From Paraphysomonas bandaiensis (lineage: Eukaryota > Protista > Chrysophyceae), in the NCBI GenBank assembly GCA_965644295.1, contig CBFFRP010000432.1:372001-436000 (forward strand): a DNA stretch of 64,000 nucleotides, written 5' to 3'. The translations under genes were made by a program, and so were the position numbers. Positions within the stretch are counted from its first letter, which is position 1. Each line of letters opens with the position of its first letter. Under the pieces are notes generated by a model. The model was not told the DNA's origin and made no database searches. It saw only the letters and a program-made list of their open reading frames with translations. Of this stretch, positions 52,932-62,339 are shown in pieces.

Positions 52932-54142
52932 TTCTAGATATCCAACACAATCAACCAAAAGAAATTAATGATAATAAAGTATGGTTTGAGATTTGAGGAT
53001 GCTGAGTGACATATAGACATGCAGAGCTGATCGTGCGTATCGTACACTATCAGAGTGGTCGATTTCATATGCTGTTTTTTGTATTGTAGAAAGACAGGCA
53101 AGAGTGTATATAAGAGTACGGAGTACTACTGCTCGGAATACAGCAGTTTGGGTATCTGGGTATCATCATATGGAGGGATCTTCCTGCTGGCTGTATGCAA
53201 TACAGCAGCAGTGCAGCGATCAAACACTCCTGTATAGTTATATATATTCATAAACTGAAGCAATAATATCTTTTGGTCTTAGCTTGACGCTTAAACTGAG
53301 ATGAAGTTATCTAATGGTGTCACAGAGTTATCTGTCTGTGTAGAGTCCCATATCTTATGATGAAGTTGTGTTCACCTCATGTCTTGAGATCACTGTAGTG
53401 GGAACAAACCGTTATATGTCTCAACTCTGGTTGTGGATATAGAAATCATGAGTGATATCTTATTCTCAAACCTTAGCGAATATCACCGGATGGGGAGTTG
53501 CAGTCGACGGCAGCAATAGATTACTGCGTCATTCATTTCAAATGTCCATTACAATATGATTGCTCAACCTACCAGGCAATTATCTATGAGTATCTGGTAG
53601 AGGATTTCCCTTTGCAAACAAGAATCTTAACAACTACCACACTACGAGGGCTATTTTTGCAGTACCTAGAGAGGAATTTGATGATGTATTTATATGTATA
53701 ATATGTGTTTAGAGGTTTAGGTAAATTAGTGCATCTTAATAATTGGTATTTTTATTATATGCGACATATTGCATTGAATTTATATTTGAGAAAATGCATG
53801 GATTGTGTCCAGGGTTGTTGGACCATCCGAATACTTTTCATTTTGACAATATTCTTACGTACTACTAACATCCTCATCACTATTACTTGCATATGTCCCG
53901 AATATATAGAAAAACACCACTGTATTAATTAGTCGCAGATTCACAACAGGACTTTAAGTACCGTCAGCACTCATCATGATATCAGAACATGTACCAATAT
54001 TTTTACAATGAATGTACTGCAACTAATAATATCACCTTCAACTAACACTCTCGACTTTTTATATCGTGTGTATATAGGTGTATATTGCAGCATAACTACA
54101 CACAAGCACAGAGAATACCTAATAATATCAACACTCATTAGA

Positions 54143-54952
54143 TCAATAATCTTTGAACTCCAGAACCCTTTCGAAATAGGAAACCATTTCACATTTGCCT
54201 CCAGTGACATTGTGAACGCCCGACCAGCGCTATTAGTTATAATCGAATCGTAAGACATATTTAAATGACATTTCAAAATTACATACCATCAACATCAAGT
54301 CTTTACTTAGCAGAGACCGTGTCTGTAGAGTGGCTACACCCGGTTGATTATCAGCTGGACAAGATTCCATATGCAACTCTTGTGAGGATTCATCAATCCA
54401 CACCTTGAACATATACTGTCCCCCAGTTTCGACACTGACACACACACTTTCGGCTGTTTCTCTGTCGCAACCAATTTTTGCGCGTAAATTCCACACACTT
54501 ACTGCAACCCCAAGGTCTCTTTGCAAAGAAAAATATCCATCACTAATAGTTATCGTATGTCGTACTTTAAAAAACGCAATTGAGCCTAAGGTTCGTCGAA
54601 TTTGAGATTGTTCACTTAAAGCAGCAAACTCGTCCAGATTTTCTGCATCAAACTGATGCCATGTTCCTTGCATTGTGTCTTTCCAGTTTTGTATTTTTGG
54701 ATATCGTTTTTTCGTCATCGGCACATTAACATAATCGCGTTTATTGACTGAACACGAATAATATATCAAAATTAATATAACGATAAAGAAGTAACACCAA
54801 ACGCTATGATCAATAATGTGATTAATATCATCTGTAAATATCTCTATCCAGTGAGTTCTCTTTAAATAGAAAGAGACAAACAACCATAGAGAGAGTTCAT
54901 ACAGTAGAAAGGTAAGACCTAAAAATGATGCAGCTACAGTAAGAAATTGCAT
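54143..54952 (-). CDS. Membrane protein with FABP/lipocalin-like beta-barrel domain, one intron
   Basis: Two N-terminal TM segments, then GTWHQFDAENLDEF (FABP-like GTW..EN.DE). The spliced final exon ends SYFERVLEFKDY*. Confidence 0.55.
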
Positions 54953-55439
54953 GAGATGATAGTAATTATGATATTAAATAGAGAATATAAGATAGATGTC
55001 CCTATACTAAGTTATGTGTATATGTTATGGTCAAGCTATCTATCTATTGCTATCAACGCGTGTTGATCTTACTGGATGACTGGGAGTTATAGCAGTACAG
55101 TAGATTACAAGCCCTTTTTGTATATGTGATGTGTGCGTTTATGTTATAAAAAATGGGGAAAATGTAGATATCAAGCGGAGATACTTAGATATCTAGGCAG
55201 TCCAAAAACGATGCTGATGTCCAAAAAAACTCCCACATTTTTGGTGTATGGGTATCTCCATAGACAAGTGACGATAGTTAGTATATATTACATATCCAGA
55301 GTCAGTTCATTAAGCTGGAACATTTCAATGATGTGTTATTGTGAAAATGTACTGCACTCATCTACCTCTATATTCATGTCTTCAGAATGATATTCAGATA
55401 GCTCATTATTATATTAAGAGCTCTTGTAAACGACACCCT

Positions 55440-55960
55440 TCATCATGATGTTTTGAGCTCCAGTGGTCCCTACAGACCACAGACAACGAAGGTAACCACA
55501 TTAAATTACTGTACACTTTGTGTGTAACATTATTTGTATAATGGTCTTGCTGTAGTTATTCATGTATCATGGTGTGTTATGGGGTATGTCAGGTCGACAC
55601 ACCAACCTGCATATATTCCACTCAATATCCGTATCAGCCAGTCTGAGTGCGCAACATAATCGGTGACAGGAACAGCAAGCATAGTGCTGGTGGATATATC
55701 AACGTTTTCCCCGACAGTACAGTGGAACACTACCATATGGCACATCAATTGGCGTTAGGCCATAATCTTCGCTCCAACTTCATCGCCGCCTTCAACATGT
55801 GTACTCCTTCTACTGTCGGTGTCAAGTGGTAGGATGAAGCCTACTGAATCACTGGCTACCTCATGAATCTCGTCTACAAGATCTTTTCTTATATACAAGA
55901 CCTGTAGGCAGCTGAGTGCTCTCTACGTAGTGGTTGGTGCGTGGGACCTGTCCAGCCACG
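55440..55960 (+). pseudogene. Probable degenerate Ty1/copia integrase fragment inside the transposon
   Basis: In expected order: SGPYRPQT, IIGDRN, HQLALGHNLRS, KW*DEAY*ITGYLMNL, LRSGWC, resembling copia DxxGP / SDNG / QNGxAERxNR / WAEAxxTAxYLxNR / LRxFGC. Stops and frameshifts present; judged by eye only. Confidence 0.35.
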
Positions 55961-56886
55961 GAGGGGAGACTTTGATATTCAATCTGAACGCCAGTGCAGT
56001 GAGGTTGATCTACAAGAACTTTAACCTTATGAATATCCCTGGATTCATGCTATGTCGATGTTACCCTCGTCTCATTCATCTTTGTGAGAGTATTTTTCAT
56101 GTTTCTGCAGTATATGAGGTATTGAGTATTGCTGCGTATCCTACTATACAGCAACTCCCTAGTGCTCTACCAGCCGAGGGTACTACGTGTTATATCAGCA
56201 ATTCAGTTGCTGGAGAATTTAAGATGACAGGGACTGCCAATACTGTAAATTCTCGAGTTAGTGCCGGGTTGGAGGACCTCTGCTGAAGAATCATTATGAA
56301 CTTATGAACTGCAAGGGTATCGTTTTCGAATGATTCGACTGTGGATAGATTGTTTTTGTTTGTATCTAGCTCTTGTATCCCACACATTCATTACTCATTA
56401 CTAGCTTGCTGTAGGTAGCACTGCAACCATGTTACCCAGCAGTGAAAGGATAAAGGATGTAAGCTGTATACTAAGCCTCTTCGCCTTGCTGCATTATTAC
56501 TTCAATGCAATATCAAGCACATTTACCGAACTATTCACCCATGATACTTTCTGCAATGTCATGTGCATAACTAGCTAGTTATCTAGTTATGCACATGATA
56601 GTTCGTTAAAGTAGATGTTGTGGTACTGAGGGTGTAAAAATGTAAAAATATGTAATAACTTAAGGTCTATATTACAATAAAGAATTAATTAACTGAACGT
56701 CGTAAATATGAAAGCAAAAATAAAAACAAACGAGTGATTTCAAAATAAGTACGAAAAAGTAGAAACTAACAATAGAACCCAAAATATCAAAATAAGTACG
56801 AAAGAAGTAGAAAGAATCGAAATGGACAAACAAAACAATCGAAAAATTAAACGTAGAAAAGAAGCAACAAACAAGGACAACTGCAT

Positions 56887-58926
56887 TTAAGTAGGGACAG
56901 CTGCGTTGTTTGTATGGATTTTGATGTGCGACTCCAACACACTGTCACATTGAGAGCTACCACAGCTGTAGACACGGCAACTTTTGACTCTACATCTATT
57001 CCATTGTGCCCCAAATTCGCCAAGAGTCGAGCAACCACAGCATTTTTTGTTAGAACGCCGCGGCTTGTAAACATTGTTAACGACAGGCACAACAGCATTC
57101 ATATCCTTCTGAATTTCAATATCTGAGTTTTCAATGTCTGAGTCTTCCATGTCGAAATGATGAATAAAGAGACATCGCTGCCGATTAGTAGACATTTCGT
57201 TCAGGGGCTTGCCGCTATACTTTGGAGGACAGTTATCTAATCCAAGCCGCTCTCCCAGGATGCTTTCAAACTTTTTCTCCGGGATACAATTCCGCTTGTC
57301 GAAGATCTGATCAAAGCGGACCTGGTTCTCTAGCACCCATTCAGCATCTGCTGTGGACAGCTTGTGATACTGGGGACACGTGCTAAGAATTCCATCAAGG
57401 TCCATCTCCCGCTTGTGTCCACATATGATTGCCCCGTCGTCAAAGGCTTGGCGGATGTTGTGCCTAGTGAAGGCCTTGTCGATCACCAAGGGGGCATTCG
57501 TGAAGGTTTTCCATATGGTGTTGAACGAAGAATTGTCCAGGTCCCGCTTAAGGATGGCCTTCAAAAGCATCCAATTTCTTCCAATGGGAGTTGGAGCAGT
57601 CCCATAGATGAAGGCAGGGGACTTGTATTGATTGTGTAGCACTACGTGCATCTTACCAATGTCATTCCCGGACTGGATCATAGAGCACCCACCTGCGTAC
57701 TTAGCAAAGTAGCGGGTGAATGTCATGACATCTCGGCGTCTCAATCGTTCGATGGCCTTGATCTGAGCGTCGGCCCCTATACGAACAGACATTACCGAGC
57801 ATATATATACATACATTACATACACACCATCCTGTGCAATCACCACATGCTGATAGCGCAAAAGATCTACCGGCTCTATATGCAGATTTGTTTCATCAAG
57901 AGGATCACTATCATTCGGCAGGACAGGGCTAGAACAGAGGTCACTGAGTATATCAGCCCTGATCTTGTCTACAGCAGGAATGATACACCTGTCGTAGACG
58001 GCCGTCTGTACATCTACCTCATTAATGCCGTACTTCGAAAGACATACCCATAATCCCTCATCTAGCTTCATTATAAGGGGCTGTTTGTCAAAGCGGGTGA
58101 AGTTCCGGTCATAAAACTTCATAATTGTAGCAGTCCGACGTGCAGCACCCGATATAGCCACGCAAAACTGCACGACCCGCTGCTTGGCCTGCCCCCCCTC
58201 AGTGGCCACAGACAAGTTGTGGGCATTCAACCACTGTTTAGCCTCAGTGGTAGTAATGACCTGTGGGCGCTCGGTCATGCCATTAACAAGAACTGACACG
58301 TCATCCACGCTGTGGAAATTATCAGGAACAACCAATTCCTGTATTTTCTTCACCATCGCGGCGAAGCATATTGGAGTCCGAAGGCAATTGAATGATTCAA
58401 CCCTCGTCTTATTTTTCGTGTTAGCCTCTTCCTTCCCTAGGCCAAGAACTTTACGATAATTATACATCGTGCTCCGACATATTGTAGTGGTAGCCCTCGC
58501 ATTGGGCTTGCCCACCTGTGACGCCGCTTGGAATGCTTTCTGCCAGGAGTCTTCAGATTTTTCGGCCTCCCTTCCTGCTCCCTCCTTAGTTTTTAGACCT
58601 TTCATGGCCTTACTGCTATCAGTTGTTAGCTCGACTAGTTTTTGCTGCCCCTCCACCGTCAGCTTGCGGGGCCGCCCAAATACACAGTCTGGGCTCTCTC
58701 CATTAGCATGGCGGTTCAATGCACTAGTAGTGATAACACATTTAGAGGGACACAGAGATAAATGGAAATAAACTTACGCTTGTAAGGTGCGTCTGTCTAC
58801 TTTCACTACTTTGGACGCCTTATTGACGCTAAACCCCCTCGTATTAACGAGGTCTATGCCAGTTCGCTTTCGTTCATTCACATTATCTGATGCGGGGGGT
58901 AACACTGTCCCACTGCGAGTAATCAT
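56887..58926 (-). CDS. DDE_1 (pogo-like) transposase: HTH_psq N-terminus, DD38D core, Cys/His-rich C-terminus; two introns
   Basis: Exon 1 GIDLVNTRGFSVNKASKVVKVDRRTLQ (psq-type HTH), GRPRKL, FHSVDDVS (D1), IAQDGA (D2, after removing the 51-nt intron 57777-57827), IQSGNDIG (D3), CCGC..C..C..C..C..H..H. Confidence 0.85.
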
Positions 58927-59563
58927 TGATCCTACATGGATATATATATTACTACACAGTGTCGATAAAAGCCATAAATGAACATATACAGTACGTTCGC
59001 TGAGCTAATAAGTTGTAAAATATAAGAGGCTTACCGCTTACAAATATAGAAATTACAGACGAACGAAAAGCAAATGAACGAAACTGTTTGCTGCTGCAAA
59101 ACTATCTCTGAGTGTAGATCATTGAAATACGACTGGCAGCTGAAACTGTACTGTGTATGTGCACAGTACTCATTTAAAGTAATCATATTGACATGTCTAG
59201 ATATCTAGATATCATGAAGTTCGAAATTTGTGAACAAAAATGTGGGAGTGTTTTTGGACATAAGCATCGTTTTTGGACTGCCTGGATATATAGGAATTTA
59301 CAAAGAAAAAATCACTGATATTGCTCTAATTTACTGATTTTATGCATGTAAAATGAACTTTGTAAAATATCCAGGGTTTTCACTTAAAAATATCACAAAA
59401 CTACATATACATTTCCTCTCATACAGCAGTTCATACATACATACAGTTAAAATGAATCACTGCCTCACTTACTTGATTTGCACCACAGCAGTAACGTCTC
59501 TTGTTGTCCTATAAACATGATAATCTTGTGCTGTATGAACACTCTACTGGCATCATATAATCA

Positions 59564-61285
59564 ATGAATCAGTGTTCATATATGCCGAATATATCTGTTC
59601 TTAATGATGATGTGATTCGTCTCATTATCTCTATGATCCCACACGCAGCTATCCTTCCAGTCATCATGACTTGTAAGAGATTTCACGATATGGCTGATAA
59701 GAGGAGAGTAGAGTCACATGCATCTCACTATTGTATGACCAACTCAATGGTTTCATGGGCTCTGTCTATGGGCTGCCCACATACTGAGCTATTGAATAGA
59801 TGTGCAGAATACGGCAGACTACAGCAGATGAAGCATATCAAGCAAACCATCATTTACCATCATATACGCTCCGAGTACCCTTCATTCCTACGGGATGGAC
59901 AGACATGCATTGCTGCTGCTAGGGCAGGACACTTGGATGTACTGAAGTGGCTTCGTTCACAGCACCCTCCATGTCCGTGGGATGAGCAGACTTGCAGTGC
60001 TGCTGCAGAGCATGGACACCTGACTGTACTGAAGTGGCTCCGATCACAGGACCCTCCATGTCCGTGGGATGAGCAGACTTGCAGTGCTGCTGCTAGGGCA
60101 GGACACCTGGATGTACTGATGTGGCTCCGATCACAGTACCCTCCATGTCCTTGGGATGAACAGACTTGCAATTTTGCTGCAGAGCATGGACACCTGGATG
60201 TACTGAAGTGGCTTCGTTCACAGGACCCTCCATGTCCGTGGGATATGGAAATCGGCTATGGTGCTGCAGAAAATGGACACTTGTGTGTACTGAAGTGGCT
60301 TCGTTCACAGCACCCTCCATGCCCATGGGGTGAATGGATTTGTGCTGCTGCTGCTAGTGCAGGACACCTGGATGTACTGAAGTGGCTTCGTTCACTGGAT
60401 CCTCCATCTCCATGGGGTGAATGGGCTTGCAGTGCTGCTGCTAATGCAGGACACTTGGATGTACTGAAGTGGATTCGTTCACAGGACCCTCCATGTCCGT
60501 GGGGTGAACAAATTTGCCGTGTTGCTGCTACGGCAGGACACTTGGATGTACTGAAGTGGCTTCGAACACAGGACCCTCCATGTCCATGGAAGGGATACTT
60601 CTGTAGACGTGTTGTAGTTCATGGACACTTGGAGGTATTGAAGTGGATTCGTTCACAGGACCTTCCATGTTCATTGGATAAAGAGACTTGCAATCTTGCT
60701 GCAGAGCATGGACACCTGGATGTACTGAAGTGGCTTCGTTCACAGGACCTTCTATACCCATGTGGTGAACAGACTTGCAGGGTTGCTGCTAGGGCAGGAC
60801 ACCTGGATGTACTGAAGTGGCTTCGGTCACAGGACCCTCCATGCCCATGGGATGAACAGACTTGCAGTGCTGCTGCTAGGGCAGGACACCTGGATGTACT
60901 GAAGTGGCTTCGTTCACAGCACCCTCCATCTCCATGGGATGAACAGACTTGCAGTTTTGCTGCAGAGCATGGACACCTGAATGTACTGAAGTGGCTTCGT
61001 TCACAGGACCCTCCATGTCCGTGGGTTGAGCAGACTTGCAGTGCTGCTGCTAATGCAGGACACTTGGACGTACTGAAGTGGCTCCGTTCACAGGACCCTC
61101 CATGTCCGTGGGATGAGCAGACTTGCAGTGCTGCTGCTAGGGCAGGACACTTGGATGTACTGAAGTGGCTCCGTTCACAACACCCTCCATGTCCGTGGGA
61201 TGAACAGACTTGCAATTTTGCTGCAGAGTATGGACACCTGGATGTACTGAAGTGGCTTCGTTCACAGGACCCTCCATGTCCGTAG
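59564..61285 (+). CDS. F-box-like plus 16 x 29-aa ankyrin-like (CPW-type) repeat protein, intronless
   Basis: N-terminal LNDDVIRLIISMI..MTCKRF (F-box-like). The 87-bp tandem unit encodes DEQTCxxAAxxGHLDVLKWLRSQDPPCPW. Confidence 0.85.
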   Translation: MNQCSYMPNISVLNDDVIRLIISMIPHAAILPVIMTCKRFHDMADKRRVESHASHYCMTNSMVSWALSMGCPHTELLNRCAEYGRLQQMKHIKQTIIYHHIRSEYPSFLRDGQTCIAAARAGHLDVLKWLRSQHPPCPWDEQTCSAAAEHGHLTVLKWLRSQDPPCPWDEQTCSAAARAGHLDVLMWLRSQYPPCPWDEQTCNFAAEHGHLDVLKWLRSQDPPCPWDMEIGYGAAENGHLCVLKWLRSQHPPCPWGEWICAAAASAGHLDVLKWLRSLDPPSPWGEWACSAAANAGHLDVLKWIRSQDPPCPWGEQICRVAATAGHLDVLKWLRTQDPPCPWKGYFCRRVVVHGHLEVLKWIRSQDLPCSLDKETCNLAAEHGHLDVLKWLRSQDLLYPCGEQTCRVAARAGHLDVLKWLRSQDPPCPWDEQTCSAAARAGHLDVLKWLRSQHPPSPWDEQTCSFAAEHGHLNVLKWLRSQDPPCPWVEQTCSAAANAGHLDVLKWLRSQDPPCPWDEQTCSAAARAGHLDVLKWLRSQHPPCPWDEQTCNFAAEYGHLDVLKWLRSQDPPCP

Positions 61286-61594
61286 AATAATAGACATGAA
61301 AATAGATTGGATTAATCGTAAAGTACTCTTCATAATCACATAACGCATCTATTATTATAGTATCGAAAAATTCTGATAATTACCTGAAACGAAGAAGGCT
61401 ATTCATGTTCGATATTAAAATTAGTAATATCTCTGCCAAGCTATTCACCAAATAGTAAACTCCGAACTGTTAAAAGTATGTTGTTCTCCTCGTACAACTA
61501 AAGATTACCCGAATCTTGTTTCTTATGATCTGTAAGAGTAAGTCAGTATAAACAGTTGATAAGAAAAAGCTGCCAGTTAAACGGTCACCATATA

Positions 61595-62025
61595 TATTGA
61601 AAGTCTTTTTATTTAGCAATAGGCGTTAAAAACCTGTGCCAATATAGTGGCTAGTTGAATGCTAGACATACTAGTTAGACCTCTATCCATAACTAATCAG
61701 CACAAATTCCATTATCCTACTATTTAACGCTACAGAAGCTGCTTGTGCGTCGCCGCAAGCACCAAGGTGCGACCACTTCCGTTCTTGATGTTGATTGCGA
61801 GTTTCGCCATTGTCGTGTGTCCTAGGACTTGGCGCTATATGATAGATGTGTATGTAGGGGACACGTTGTGCAACGTACAGCATGACAAGCGAAAGCAGTG
61901 ATCTAAGTCTACTACTACTACACTGGAACGCTTAAGACTACACATACATTGTGTGCAATTTGCATCGGGGACTGCCTTATGTACCTCACGGCAACCAGGG
62001 GAACACAGTACTATACCCTGCTTAT
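61595..62025 (-). mobile_element. 431-bp SINE-like insertion of the GACTTTCAATA-ended family
   Basis: Perfect 13-bp TSD CGGTCACCATATA (61582-61594 and 62026-62038); shared core at ~61595-61785. Confidence 0.9.
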
Positions 62026-62339
62026 CGGTCACCATATACGCCCAAGTCGGTCACAACACCGAAACTATTTTTCGATTCCAAACAATACAACCGTCATCTC
62101 TTTCATAATTATCGCACATGAAATTACTCCTCGAAGCAATCGACGAGAAGTTTTCGTTTCCTTCACATCTCAGCTTATGGTTCCTATATTGCACATTGTA
62201 TATCGTGAATATAGAATATAGTGATTGCTGAGTTAAGTATGAATATGCTCGTTGGCTGGTATTTTCAACTGCAGTAGTGTTACACTACAGTATATTACAG
62301 TAGTGATAAGCTGTATTCGGTGAGATATTTAACTAATTA

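Larger units (their letters stand above)
55192..59286 (-). mobile_element. pogo/Fot1-like Tc1/mariner DNA transposon, ~4.1 kb
   Basis: 52-bp TIRs at 55192-55243 and 59235-59286 (49/52 identical), flanked by TA, enclosing a DDE transposase. Exact termini are uncertain by a few bp because the flank is palindromic. Confidence 0.88.

Noticed and set aside
53330-53490. VDIEIMSDILFSNL resembling the end of a copia RNase H (ADILTK)
   Set aside because: A single weak motif with no LTR or other domains.
55192-59286. Fanzor/TnpB cargo in the DNA transposon
   Set aside because: No RuvC-like D/E/D motifs or second intact ORF were seen; the only long ORF is the DDE transposase.
59880-61285. 87-bp periodic repeat as a CRISPR-like array
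   Set aside because: The units are in-frame protein repeats without unique spacers, the context is eukaryotic, and no cas genes are present.
61715-61735. CGTTAAATAG in the retroposon core resembling part of a pistol ribozyme, and CTGACGA near 62945 resembling a hammerhead core
   Set aside because: The required partner stems, pseudoknot and GAAA could not be assembled by eye, so no known ribozyme is called.
61330-62220. Minus-strand fragments (ERDDGCIVW, LTL, LFGE) around the 431-bp insertion that recall a Penelope-like RT
   Set aside because: Too many stops and frameshifts to support by eye. A frameshift-aware RT HMM search would decide.
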